A model generated the notes under the pieces. The model saw nothing but the letters and a program-made list of their open reading frames with translations. It had not been told where the DNA came from and made no database searches. The translations under genes and the position numbers were made by a program. This document shows positions 1-9,712 of a stretch of DNA of 64,000 bases, in pieces. The stretch lies in sequence record NC_061441.1; one strand, given 5' to 3'. Position 1 is the stretch's first letter. Each line of letters starts with the position of its first letter.

Positions 1-49
1 ACATCTTGATGTTGCTGGTGAAGCCAGATTTCACAATCAGTTTGTTCAT
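1..49 (-). CDS. 5' end of a gene running off the window (MNKLIVKSGFTSNIKM...)
   Basis: ATG at 49 with an AAGGGA RBS, just downstream of the stop of 68..1054. Confidence 0.5.
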   Translation of the reverse strand, partial: MNKLIVKSGFTSNIKM

Positions 50-67
50 GAGTCGTTATCCCCTTAA

Positions 68-1054
68 TTAAGCCGCGTCGCCAGTACCGATAGGAAGCAT
101 CAGACGCATACCACGGTTGTCTTTACCGTTTGCGTTCATGCCCAGGTACTTGGTTTTGTTAGTCGCTTTCAGCGGGTTCAACTGTACTTCTGAACCAGCA
201 GAGAGAACGTCAGCAGAGGTGTAACCCAGCATGTCCAGTGTAGCGAAGTACACATAGCGTTGGGTGTTAATCATCTGCGGGAACAGCACAATGGCGCGGT
301 TACCTTCTGCAATCATAACCTGTTGGAGCGGGTTGATGATTGGCGCGGAGTCAGGAGTCGGCTGCACGGCAGACAGAGGAACTGTCGCACTGTAGATACC
401 TGCTTCGATAACAGTGAAGCGCTGAATTGCTTCAGGCTTGATGGTATCAGGGTCGCCGGCCAGACCGCCACCACAGGAGAAGATGCAGAACAGTGGGCTA
501 TGATCGCCTGGCTTGGTATCGCCAGTCTGTACGCCGCGCTGCGCAACGAACCAACTGAACGCAGTACCAGTGTTGTCGAAACCTTCTGCGTTGATGTGCA
601 GAGCGATGCCGTGGTCGGTGGTGATGAAGTCATAGGTCAGCGGATATGCTGCCATGTCAGCGGTCGCGTCCATCTTCCAGTCAGCAACCAGATCGATGAA
701 GCTGTTAGCAAGCAGGCCAGACTTGGACAGACGGCCGATTTCTACGGTAGCAGAACGCTTCGCCGCAGTGTAGTCGTTCTCACTCACCTGAAGGTCAGGC
801 AGAACGTTGATTGACAGAGTTTTGGCCGTGTCGTCAGCTTTGAGGATGATACCCCATTGCTGTGTATCGAACAGCGGATCAACTGCATCAGAAGCCATCA
901 GGTAGAATGCTTTACCATCTGGTTTGATCTGAGTACCAGCAGTACCATCGACTGCAACGAGTTCAAAACCCGCAGCAACCATTTTAGCCACCAGGTCACG
1001 GGTCAGAGCTTCCAGACCAATGATCTTAGTGGCAGTTACACGTTGAATAGCCAT
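68..1054 (-). CDS. hypothetical protein, probably virion structural (tail/baseplate region)
   Basis: 328 aa ORF co-oriented in an operon with fibre genes; GGAG RBS; no recognised motif. Confidence 0.6.
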   Translation of the reverse strand: MAIQRVTATKIIGLEALTRDLVAKMVAAGFELVAVDGTAGTQIKPDGKAFYLMASDAVDPLFDTQQWGIILKADDTAKTLSINVLPDLQVSENDYTAAKRSATVEIGRLSKSGLLANSFIDLVADWKMDATADMAAYPLTYDFITTDHGIALHINAEGFDNTGTAFSWFVAQRGVQTGDTKPGDHSPLFCIFSCGGGLAGDPDTIKPEAIQRFTVIEAGIYSATVPLSAVQPTPDSAPIINPLQQVMIAEGNRAIVLFPQMINTQRYVYFATLDMLGYTSADVLSAGSEVQLNPLKATNKTKYLGMNANGKDNRGMRLMLPIGTGDAA

Positions 1055-1061
1055 AAGTTAA

Positions 1062-1847
1062 TCACTCCATTACCAGATAGGTTACAGTGAGTTTCGGTTT
1101 CGACGGCGAGGTGCCGATATTCTTCATACGCCACGAGATTGTAGGCGTGTTGTCCTTATTGGACAAGAAGCTGTATCGGCGCAGCTTACGAATGACAGGA
1201 TTGCCTTCGCTATCCACATCAGAGAACACGCCGTCATCTTCAAGAAAATTAGCAGTGGAGCGGAATAAATACGGATTTCTGTCGTCGCGTTGCGCTGTAG
1301 GGAATGCGGAGAGTTCCACATCAAACGCATTGAGTTGAACAGAAAGCAGCATCACGGTGCGGTTCATCTGCAAATCAAAATCAATCTGCTGACCAGGAGT
1401 AATGTACGAAGGTGATTCGTACTCCACAGTCTTACGCACACCAGCACTCTCATTGCCGCTCAAGTCGGCCCAGAACATTGTACCATTAGCGCCAGACACG
1501 AGGGTCATCCCTGCGTATTCAGGCTCAGGCACTTGTTTACTTGGGTCGAGGCCTACAACAGTCAGACCTGTCTCATCCACAGCAGTAACGAAAGGCGACT
1601 CGAACTTATACTCCGAGCCACCAAATTTCGCTTCTTCCCATGTCACGTTGTCTGCACCAAGCTGATACATCTTCTTGGTCTCGGTCACGTAACACAACAT
1701 CCCAGGCTTTTTATTACCTACGGACATTGTGTCACGCAACGCGAGTGTAGCAAGACAACGCATACCCCCACGAAGATAAACATCCTCGAGGAGGTATGGG
1801 AGAGCTGCGGATGCTGGTAACAGGAACGAAGTCATCATTACCGGCAT
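1062..1847 (-). CDS. putative tail-fibre/collar-associated protein
   Basis: 261 aa; N-terminal GGMR...LRDTM...KPGMLCYVTETKKMYQL resembles a motif common in phage fibre proteins; located in the fibre operon. Confidence 0.5.
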   Translation of the reverse strand: MPVMMTSFLLPASAALPYLLEDVYLRGGMRCLATLALRDTMSVGNKKPGMLCYVTETKKMYQLGADNVTWEEAKFGGSEYKFESPFVTAVDETGLTVVGLDPSKQVPEPEYAGMTLVSGANGTMFWADLSGNESAGVRKTVEYESPSYITPGQQIDFDLQMNRTVMLLSVQLNAFDVELSAFPTAQRDDRNPYLFRSTANFLEDDGVFSDVDSEGNPVIRKLRRYSFLSNKDNTPTISWRMKNIGTSPSKPKLTVTYLVME

Positions 1848-1857
1848 CTTATTCTCC

Positions 1858-4800
1858 TTACGCGGTACCTGAACCTGGGGTCGAAGAACCGTAGGTCAGT
1901 TTAAACGTATACGCCAGATTATCAAACGGGAAGTCGTTACGATAGACAACGTAATCAACACCATTGATAGTCACTTCGGCAGGACCAGCAAAGTTGAAGT
2001 CGTCGAACTCCAACGCACCATCCCATGAACCAGCGAAGCCTTGAGCAGACTCGACGAAGTAACCATAGCCCAGAGACTTCGGCCACGCAACGTAGAAGAA
2101 CACGTTGTTCGTAGAGGTACTCGTTCCACCAGGACAGTTCAGGAGTTGCTGACCCGTCAGAGTCAACGCAGTTTGCAGACCCTGCACGAACGCTGCGTCA
2201 TAACCAGAGACAGACTTGATCTTAGAGTGCCAGCCGAAGCGAGCGCCCAGGTCAGAAGACTGTTGTGGTTTGAGCGTAACGTCTTTCGTTGCAGTAACAG
2301 TCTTACCGTTCTTGACATACGACACAGTGATAGTTACCACAGCGTCAGCAGTCACAGCGTTAGACTTCAACGAACCGCCTACAACGCTCAGGCCAGTCAC
2401 CGTACCAGACTTCACAGCCACAGACCACGTTGTACCGCTATCAGCAGTAACGTCAGGTGTGGTACCATCTGACAGAGTTGCCGTTGCAGTGTATGCAGTG
2501 GTCACGCCACCAATGATAGAAGCAGGTCCAGTGATAACCACTGAGTCAGGCGTTGGTGGAGCTGGCGTGTTCGTCACAGTCAGGTTCGCAGTTTGCGCTT
2601 GGCTGTTATACGAAGCAGTACCAGTGATCACCGCAGTCTGCGTCGTGCTCACAGTGTTACCAGTGATGGTGTTGTTGCCATTGAACGTGAAGCCTGTAGT
2701 GGAGCCAGAGCTACGCGTTACAACAGGTGTCAGATCAACCGTCGTGTTATCAGAGAACGTCAGGCGCAGGATATAGGTACCTGTCTCACCTTTGTTCACA
2801 GCAGTAGGACCAATCAGCTCGCGCTTAGTGATCGTTGCTGCCTGATTGATAATCTGGATGGTCTTCTCTGGTGCATACGTTTTACCGTCAACGACGACAT
2901 TAGCAGCACGGAGAATTACCGTCTGGTTTTGCGTGATGGAGTTTGGCGGTGAAGTCAACTTCGCACGAGTCGAAGTAGTACCAACACCGAGCGTCACATA
3001 TGCAGCACCTTGAGGCAATGACCAAGTAGGCAGAGAAGTGTACTCAACCTGCGAGCCAGACAGACGAGTGATACGCACCAGATAGTCGCCAGATGCAGTA
3101 CCTTCGGTGATGCTGTCTGCGCCGATGATTTCTACAGTGCTCACGTCATCCGTAGGACCAGTGACAGTGAACTGAACGCTACCAGTCTTCGTTACGCTGC
3201 CAACAGTAGCGACAACGTTAAGCTGGAAGGTCAGAGTACCGAAGAAGCCAGTCAGAGCAGCTTTCGTACGGATGCGCCATCCTGTTGTTCCACCAGCAAC
3301 AATCTCAAAGTAAGTTTGTGCATTAGAGGACAACGTATAGCTAAGTTCGCCGCTTGTACCCTCACGAGTAGAAGAATCAGAGAACGTCAGAGTGCTATGC
3401 AGGTCACGGGTCACAGCCGCAGCGGTACCGTAATCAAACGCAGGCGATGGAGCCAGAGGTTGAACGGACAGCAGACTGATCACGATGATGTTTTTAACCA
3501 GCACAGACTTCTGCGCGTTACGACCATCGTAAGTAGCACGAATCAGAACAGTGGTGTCCTGAGTCACTTCACCTGCCGACAGGATGCCCGTCTGCGCGAT
3601 GCTTGCGATTGCGCTACCCTGAATGACAGACCACGTTGGCGCAGTTACCTGACGCTCTGTACCGTTTGAAAGAATCTCCCACGCTGTAAACTGCGACGTG
3701 GTGTTTTCGTTCATCTGGTCAGCACCGCGAACTTCCAGTGAGGTCACAACCGGTGGATTACCAACGATAGTTACGCCCAGAGTCGCAGTCTTAGTGATAC
3801 CGTTTTCAGTGTACGATGCGTAGATCGTTACGCTGGTATTTGCAATGTCTACCGCACCAGCAACAAGGTTGGAGTTGGTGAACGTTGCGTAGTTCGACGG
3901 CTGCTGCAAGCGGAACTCGTTAGGAGTAATCGTCGCAGTGTGACCATCAGAGTAAGTAGCCAGCACGGTATACGGCGTGGTGGTCTTCTCTTGTACGGAC
4001 GATGGCCCAACAATCTTGATGCTCGACAGGTCAACAACAGGCACAACGTTCACGATAAGAATATCGAGTGTCGCGCTCTTAGTGATGCCGTTCTCCGTGT
4101 ACGTTGCAGACAGCTTCACAGGAATGTCAGAAGACACTTTGCCTGCGTTAACGGTCTTGTTCACGATAGTCACAACATCCAGACGGTCGGCAGTGAAGGT
4201 CGTCGGGTCAATCAGCTTCGTGCTTCCGTCAGAGTAGGTAGCGAGGAACGTATAGTTCGCGCTTTCCTCGCTGCGGATTGTGTTCGCACCCTGGATTGTC
4301 AGAGAGGACAGCACAACAGCTTCGGTCTCTTTCAGAATCGTAACGTTCTTCGTGCCAGTCACTGTCTGGTCGGCAGTGATGTACGTTGCAGTCAACACAA
4401 TCTGACGGTCAGAGACAGTCTCTTTACGAGCCGTGACCACGTTGCCACTGATAGTGGTGTACGTTGTAGGTGCAGCCGTGAAGGAGTTCTGCGTAACCAT
4501 TTCGGTATCGCCGTTCGACCACGTAATACGGAACGTGTATGTCGCGCTCTGCTGAGAAACGATGGTAGAAGCACCAAGCACCTCAAGCTGAGTAATCAAC
4601 TGCGCTTTAACCGTCACGTTCTTATTCGCCGTGAAGGTAACGCCGTTGTACACGTAGGTCGCAGTCAGTTTGACGACGGTATCGACAGAGACTTTCTTCG
4701 CAGTACCCTGCAGGCCAACGAGGTCCAGAGCGTTTGCGTTATCAACCACGAAGTTCGTAGGCATGATAGTCGCAACGTTACCAGACTTGTAGCGAGCAGT

Positions 4801-5868
4801 GACGGTGTAGGTCTCTTTCTGTTTGTAGAACAGAGTACCTGTGCCCACAATTGAGATAGACACCAGCTCATCGTCGATGATGAAGGTATTCTTGATCAGC
4901 AAGTTGTAGGTGGCTGTTACCCAGTTACCGTAAACAGGGTCACGCTTACGTGCAGTCACTTTCAACACAACGTCAGCAGCGAGGTCAGGAGCAGTAACAG
5001 TGCCGTCCTGAGAGATAGTCACACCGATAACGTTTTCTTCGATAGACCACTCAACGCCAGCAGGCTGGTGCTCGATACGGTCAGACCATTCAGCGTCGAT
5101 GTTCAGCTTGACGCTACTGTTATCCGACATGTAGCTCGCGTTACCAGGCAGGCTGATACGCAAGTTCATCAGGTGAGGAGATTCCCACTCGACGTTATCA
5201 GCAGTAGGCTTAACCCACTTACCAATGTACTTGTTCGGATTCGTTGGGTCTTGGTCAACGATAGCCAGCACGTAGCCTTCTTGCGGTTCGTTAGAGCTTG
5301 AGACTTCAACGAATGCAGTGGCGTTCAGACGAATCATGGTACGAGCATAGTCAGGATGATCGTGATTCGTCGGATAACGTGCGTTAGACATGCGCGGGTC
5401 AGAGCTGGACACAGCAACAGTCTCGTCCGAAGAAGCAGGCTCGTCTTTAGTGACGACACTACCCAAACGGTTAGTAGTTGCGTGTGGTATTTCCAGCTCA
5501 CCTACGTCGATGCCGAGGTCGCCAGCGTTCTCCACAACAAAGCGGAAGAACTGTTTCTGGCTAAACAACTGCGCGTAGTCATTCACGGTGACCCATGAGC
5601 CACGGTGATTACCATCAGACACGCTACTGGTACGGCGCAGCACATACATATACTGCGGGCTACCAGAGTTGGCATCAATCCAAATCAGGTTGTACGGCTT
5701 TTCAGAAAACGACGGCTCGGTCATAGACACGACAACCTGATGCACTTCCGTTTGATCGTTCGCGTTAGGTCGGAACAAGAAAGTGATTGGGTTACGTGGC
5801 GTCAGACCGCGAGTGCGAGCCAGGCCGATATACTGTTTAGCAAAGCCGTCGATCGTGGTTACGCTCAT
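1858..5868 (-). CDS. large Ig-like repeat fibre/whisker protein (about 10 tandem Ig-like domains)
   Basis: 1336 aa, T/V/S rich; ten ~95 aa repeats of pattern (L/V)xSxxIxG...Y/FTxxATYSDG; N-terminal domain shared with 5872..6498 and 6508..7146; C-terminal domain shared with 7181..7876. Confidence 0.8.
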   Translation of the reverse strand: MSVTTIDGFAKQYIGLARTRGLTPRNPITFLFRPNANDQTEVHQVVVSMTEPSFSEKPYNLIWIDANSGSPQYMYVLRRTSSVSDGNHRGSWVTVNDYAQLFSQKQFFRFVVENAGDLGIDVGELEIPHATTNRLGSVVTKDEPASSDETVAVSSSDPRMSNARYPTNHDHPDYARTMIRLNATAFVEVSSSNEPQEGYVLAIVDQDPTNPNKYIGKWVKPTADNVEWESPHLMNLRISLPGNASYMSDNSSVKLNIDAEWSDRIEHQPAGVEWSIEENVIGVTISQDGTVTAPDLAADVVLKVTARKRDPVYGNWVTATYNLLIKNTFIIDDELVSISIVGTGTLFYKQKETYTVTARYKSGNVATIMPTNFVVDNANALDLVGLQGTAKKVSVDTVVKLTATYVYNGVTFTANKNVTVKAQLITQLEVLGASTIVSQQSATYTFRITWSNGDTEMVTQNSFTAAPTTYTTISGNVVTARKETVSDRQIVLTATYITADQTVTGTKNVTILKETEAVVLSSLTIQGANTIRSEESANYTFLATYSDGSTKLIDPTTFTADRLDVVTIVNKTVNAGKVSSDIPVKLSATYTENGITKSATLDILIVNVVPVVDLSSIKIVGPSSVQEKTTTPYTVLATYSDGHTATITPNEFRLQQPSNYATFTNSNLVAGAVDIANTSVTIYASYTENGITKTATLGVTIVGNPPVVTSLEVRGADQMNENTTSQFTAWEILSNGTERQVTAPTWSVIQGSAIASIAQTGILSAGEVTQDTTVLIRATYDGRNAQKSVLVKNIIVISLLSVQPLAPSPAFDYGTAAAVTRDLHSTLTFSDSSTREGTSGELSYTLSSNAQTYFEIVAGGTTGWRIRTKAALTGFFGTLTFQLNVVATVGSVTKTGSVQFTVTGPTDDVSTVEIIGADSITEGTASGDYLVRITRLSGSQVEYTSLPTWSLPQGAAYVTLGVGTTSTRAKLTSPPNSITQNQTVILRAANVVVDGKTYAPEKTIQIINQAATITKRELIGPTAVNKGETGTYILRLTFSDNTTVDLTPVVTRSSGSTTGFTFNGNNTITGNTVSTTQTAVITGTASYNSQAQTANLTVTNTPAPPTPDSVVITGPASIIGGVTTAYTATATLSDGTTPDVTADSGTTWSVAVKSGTVTGLSVVGGSLKSNAVTADAVVTITVSYVKNGKTVTATKDVTLKPQQSSDLGARFGWHSKIKSVSGYDAAFVQGLQTALTLTGQQLLNCPGGTSTSTNNVFFYVAWPKSLGYGYFVESAQGFAGSWDGALEFDDFNFAGPAEVTINGVDYVVYRNDFPFDNLAYTFKLTYGSSTPGSGTA

Positions 5869-5871
5869 TCA

Positions 5872-6498
5872 TTATTCTCCAAGAATGTCGGTCGCAATCA
5901 GATGGCCGTATGATGCTTTCACGTTAATGTCAGCAATGAACGTAGAACCGTTGTCGCCAACGTCTGCATCCATGTTCACTTTGTCCTGCACGGTCTTCAC
6001 TTCAACCAGCGGCTTCTCTGGGTGCATTTCATCATGCGGCAGAGGAGTACGCTTGTCGGTGTTACGTGGGTCCGTTGTAGACACGAACGTAGGACGACCA
6101 ACAGCAGCAGGCTCAGTAGTCAGACGCGCAATACCGTATTCGTCCACAGACGCGTTCGGGATGTTGTCGCTACCACTGATATCAGACGGATCGTAATACT
6201 GCGGTGCCCAGAACGAGTTGAAGTTCTTCACTTCTTCCCAGGTATTCTGGAAGCCACCAGCAGGCGTCTTAGACTTACGTGCAAGGAACTTACGATAGTA
6301 AATGCTATCGCGTACCATGCACAGCCAGACGACGTTCATTGGCAGCACGATGCCTACAGGCTCTTCCTGCGCAATGATGTGCGTACAACTGATGTTGAGT
6401 GTCGGGTTAATCTGACGAACAACTTGCTCTTTAGCAGTGTCGTCCATGAATCCCGTTACAGCCAACAGAGCAGCAGCGATATCGTTCAGTGTAGTCAT
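5872..6498 (-). CDS. fibre-family protein, paralog of the N-terminus of 1858..5868
   Basis: shared blocks P.N.(I/V)W(I/L), W..., P.A+....G, DPR..+.R.P..H..HP. Confidence 0.65.
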   Translation of the reverse strand: MTTLNDIAAALLAVTGFMDDTAKEQVVRQINPTLNISCTHIIAQEEPVGIVLPMNVVWLCMVRDSIYYRKFLARKSKTPAGGFQNTWEEVKNFNSFWAPQYYDPSDISGSDNIPNASVDEYGIARLTTEPAAVGRPTFVSTTDPRNTDKRTPLPHDEMHPEKPLVEVKTVQDKVNMDADVGDNGSTFIADINVKASYGHLIATDILGE

Positions 6499-6507
6499 AA
6501 CCGCTCC

Positions 6508-7146
6508 TTAATCAGTAGGCTGGCCGAGTTCAGATTCACGCACCTTACGCCATTGAAGCGTGGAGTCTTCAAGCACCATGACCTGATTCACAGCAGGAAC
6601 CAGCTGGTCTTTAATCGGTACGTGTTCTTCGCCATAACTACCGTTGATGCTGATCATGGTAGCAGGCTTCTCAGGGTGCGTGTGGTCAAGCGGGTCACGA
6701 TTGTTAGTGAGTGTTTCATCACCTTCAATCAGAACGCGAGACTCTGCTTCGGGATAAGACAGATATCCCACACCACGAGTGATTGAAGTCGCAAGTGGTG
6801 GCAGCGCACGGTTGATGATTTGCAGATCGTTCGGGTCATACGTCTGTTCCATCATGGCATCATCATAGAAATACAGCGCAGTCCAAACATCCTGATACGG
6901 GTCTGAATTGTTCTTGGCAGTACGTTTGAACGCAGTACCATACGTGGACGATTCAGGGTTGTAGTCAATCCAGATCGCATTGATCGGAAGGACCACGAAA
7001 CGCGGAACTGCATACGAGCAGTAGAACAACAGGCCCAACTGAGAACCATCTTTGGGAAGACGGAACATGATTGGGTTTTTGTTCTGCTGGTGGATATTCG
7101 TAAGCAACTCAACGTTACTGATGAACTGTTCAAGTTTCAGTTCCAT
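6508..7146 (-). CDS. fibre-family protein, paralog of 5872..6498
   Basis: VLPINAIWIDY vs VLPMNVVWLCM; YDPND vs YDPSD; HTHPEKP vs MHPEKP. Confidence 0.65.
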   Translation of the reverse strand: MELKLEQFISNVELLTNIHQQNKNPIMFRLPKDGSQLGLLFYCSYAVPRFVVLPINAIWIDYNPESSTYGTAFKRTAKNNSDPYQDVWTALYFYDDAMMEQTYDPNDLQIINRALPPLATSITRGVGYLSYPEAESRVLIEGDETLTNNRDPLDHTHPEKPATMISINGSYGEEHVPIKDQLVPAVNQVMVLEDSTLQWRKVRESELGQPTD

Positions 7147-7177
7147 TGTGTTCTCCGTTTACCAGAAGCGGTGGTTA

Positions 7178-7184
7178 AAATTAT
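7178..7184 (-). promoter_or_regulatory. class 2 (virion/late-type) motif ATAATTT
   Basis: 32 nt upstream of the ATG at 7146; overlaps the stop codon of the upstream gene. Confidence 0.4.
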
Positions 7185-7876
7185 ACAGGGTCACCGGACT
7201 TAGGACTGGTGGAACCGTATTTAATGCGGAACACATAGTCGAGACTATCGAACGGGAAATCGTTCCTGTACACGACATAATCAAAGCCACCAAGTGATAC
7301 CTCCGCTGCGCCTACAAAGTTGAAGTCGTTAAACTCCATGGCGCCATCCCACGAACCAGAGAAGCCCTGCACCGTCTCTTGGAAATACCCATAGAGCAGT
7401 CGCTTAGGCCAGGCCACGTAAAAGAAGCGGTTGTTATCAGAAGTAGATTGGTTAGGTGGGCAAGTGATTTGTTGCGGACTAGTCTCACCCAAAATGGTAG
7501 GGAGAGAACGGAAGAAGGTGTCGTTGTAATCAAGTATCGACAACACTTTATCGTGAACGCCGAAGCGTGGACCATACTCACCACTGAACGGCACAGACAC
7601 TCTTACTTTGTTTGACGTAGCGTTGAGCGTCGTGCTGACGTTATACGCCTTAGCAACAAGGTCGTGTTCACCAGTATCGAATGGCAAAGTGAAGTCAAAG
7701 TAGGCAGTCGAACCTGACGTTGGCATATCAAGTTTCTTGAGCACCGTACCCGCAGCGTTTTCAATCTGGAGTGTGCCACGCAGTGGTGGGTTGTCCATGC
7801 TGACCAAGAAGCGGAGCTCCTTGTTACGCAGCGAGAAGCAGTATTCCAAGTTACCTTGAATGGTCAAAGTAAGCAT
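7181..7876 (-). CDS. single-Ig protein with a C-terminal domain paralogous to the tip of 1858..5868
   Basis: FFYVAWPK..YGYF.E..QGF.GSWDGA.EF.DFNF.G.AEV...G.DYVVYRNDFPFD shared with 1858..5868. Confidence 0.75.
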   Translation of the reverse strand: MLTLTIQGNLEYCFSLRNKELRFLVSMDNPPLRGTLQIENAAGTVLKKLDMPTSGSTAYFDFTLPFDTGEHDLVAKAYNVSTTLNATSNKVRVSVPFSGEYGPRFGVHDKVLSILDYNDTFFRSLPTILGETSPQQITCPPNQSTSDNNRFFYVAWPKRLLYGYFQETVQGFSGSWDGAMEFNDFNFVGAAEVSLGGFDYVVYRNDFPFDSLDYVFRIKYGSTSPKSGDPV

Positions 7877-7892
7877 AGAACCTCACAATACG

Positions 7893-7918
7893 AAAAAAGG
7901 AGGACCGAAGCCCTCCTT
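7893..7918 (-). terminator. intrinsic terminator after the tail sheath gene
   Basis: minus-strand GC hairpin with UUCG loop followed by a U6 tract. Confidence 0.75.
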
Positions 7919-7922
7919 AGTG

Positions 7923-9599
7923 TTACAGACTCAGACTTGTGGAGGTACTGCCTGACGGGTTGATGTTGAAGCGATAGATCAGACGCTTGGTAGTGCGCGT
8001 CGGGTCTAACACGATATCCAGAATCAAATCGCCGTTAGCGATAGTCTGGTTCGTGTTGTTGTTCTCATCACACACAACCACATAGCCTTGAGAGCCAGAG
8101 CTACCGCCACGAAGACCTCGAGCGAGTTTAATCTCCTCGAGGAACTTCTCAACAATACCCTTCAGGTAACCACGAAGGATGTTGTCGTTCGGGTCGAACA
8201 GGCCGACTTTACAGGTGCGATGGCACACCTCAAGCACGTAGCCAACCATACGCTGAATCTGAATCTGCTGGAAGGCAGAGTTCATGTTATACTGCGTACT
8301 CGCTTCCCAAACTGCGTAGCCACCACCAGAGATATCTGGCAGCTTACGGATGTAGTTGACCTGCTCACGGGTCATAGCATCACGGTCGTCCTGATCATAC
8401 TTCTGCGCGATAGCGAGGAAGTCGAGAGGGCTAGATGCAGTGATACCTGCAGGTGCGAACCACGTACCTCGGTTGTTGTCAGTGTACGCAAACACAGCAC
8501 AGATCTGACCGACACAGGCTGTCCACAGGTAGCGGCCAGTATCTTCATCGAAGATTTTAATGTCAGGCGTATACAGTGCCATGTTGGTGTCGTTCACGTT
8601 CAACGTCTGGCGACGATAGCGAATCGCTTTAGACACAGACTGCTCGGCAGAAGGGATGCCGCAGATAACGAAGCAGTTGATGTGAGCAGCAGCCGCAGCT
8701 TTCATACCACGGTGAATGATGTAGTCCTGAGTAGGACTAATCAGCAGCGTCACACGAACTTCTTCTGGATCACCGAAGTAGTCCTGATACGCTTGCGCCA
8801 GTTGGTCAGAACCAACAGTATCACCGTCTGAGCCACCTTGGAAGAAGATGAAGTCAGTGGTGAAGAAGTCGATATCAGTCGTGAAATATTCGTTACGGAT
8901 GAAACGGAAGTTTGAACTCTCGTTCTCCATAGCGTGATCAACACGATACTGACGGTCGAACTCATCGGCATAGTCAAACAGACTGCACTGATAAGAGTTT
9001 ACTGGCGCACTGCCGTTCTGGTAGTTCTCGAACTCGTCGATGTAGAACAGCTTCGTGTTGTACGATTTGCGGTCGTCGAACGGGTCGAGGCCACGTGGCG
9101 TAGCAGGACGAATCTGCAACGACATTGCGTTGTTCCAGTCACCTGGGTTTTCCAGAATGATGTAACCGATGATGTTTTCATTCAGCGGGTCATCAGGCAG
9201 GAAGCCTAGCTGGTCTGGAGAATCTACGCCAACGATATTACCTTCATCGTCAGTGTACGGAGTCAGGCGAAGTACAGGCTGTACAGCCGACGCGTCATCC
9301 ACAGTCAGAACACCAACAGCGTACTTCGCGTTTTTAGTCACACGAACGTATTTGAGCTGATTGGTCTGTTTGGCTACAGGCAACGCTAAATATAAGCCGA
9401 GGCCATACTTGGGATCTTTTGCACCGAAGATGTTTTTCAAATCATCTTTATTACGCACATCAACACGCTGATTAACAGGACCTCGACGGGCCTGACCAAC
9501 GATGCCTACGACGGACGTAGATAAAGACGTTGCACCAACGGAGAGATCCCGTACACCGGTGTAAACACCAGCAGAGGAATGCGTTGAGTTAACGGGCAT
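7923..9599 (-). CDS. contractile tail sheath protein
   Basis: 558 aa; N-terminal AGVY...S...GIVG...RGPV; C-terminal WFAPAG, GYVVVCDENNNT...I.NG.L..DI...P typical of sheath proteins. Confidence 0.92.
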   Translation of the reverse strand: MPVNSTHSSAGVYTGVRDLSVGATSLSTSVVGIVGQARRGPVNQRVDVRNKDDLKNIFGAKDPKYGLGLYLALPVAKQTNQLKYVRVTKNAKYAVGVLTVDDASAVQPVLRLTPYTDDEGNIVGVDSPDQLGFLPDDPLNENIIGYIILENPGDWNNAMSLQIRPATPRGLDPFDDRKSYNTKLFYIDEFENYQNGSAPVNSYQCSLFDYADEFDRQYRVDHAMENESSNFRFIRNEYFTTDIDFFTTDFIFFQGGSDGDTVGSDQLAQAYQDYFGDPEEVRVTLLISPTQDYIIHRGMKAAAAAHINCFVICGIPSAEQSVSKAIRYRRQTLNVNDTNMALYTPDIKIFDEDTGRYLWTACVGQICAVFAYTDNNRGTWFAPAGITASSPLDFLAIAQKYDQDDRDAMTREQVNYIRKLPDISGGGYAVWEASTQYNMNSAFQQIQIQRMVGYVLEVCHRTCKVGLFDPNDNILRGYLKGIVEKFLEEIKLARGLRGGSSGSQGYVVVCDENNNTNQTIANGDLILDIVLDPTRTTKRLIYRFNINPSGSTSTSLSL

Positions 9600-9625
9600 G
9601 TTTCGTCTCCTTATATGACTGTCTG

Positions 9626-9632
9626 AAATTAT
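9626..9632 (-). promoter_or_regulatory. class 2 motif ATAATTT upstream of the sheath gene
   Basis: 27 nt upstream of ATG 9599 in an intergenic region. Confidence 0.55.
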
Positions 9633-9683
9633 TGAATGGACGGCCTAGAACAAGGAGAAGGGTGCTATTTGGGTTAGAAATGC

Positions 9684-9710
9684 AAAAAGGGCAGCCGAAG
9701 CCACCCTTTT
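9684..9710 (-). terminator. intrinsic terminator
   Basis: GGGUGGC-UUCG-GCUGCCC plus U tract on the minus strand. Confidence 0.75.
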
Positions 9711-9712
9711 GA

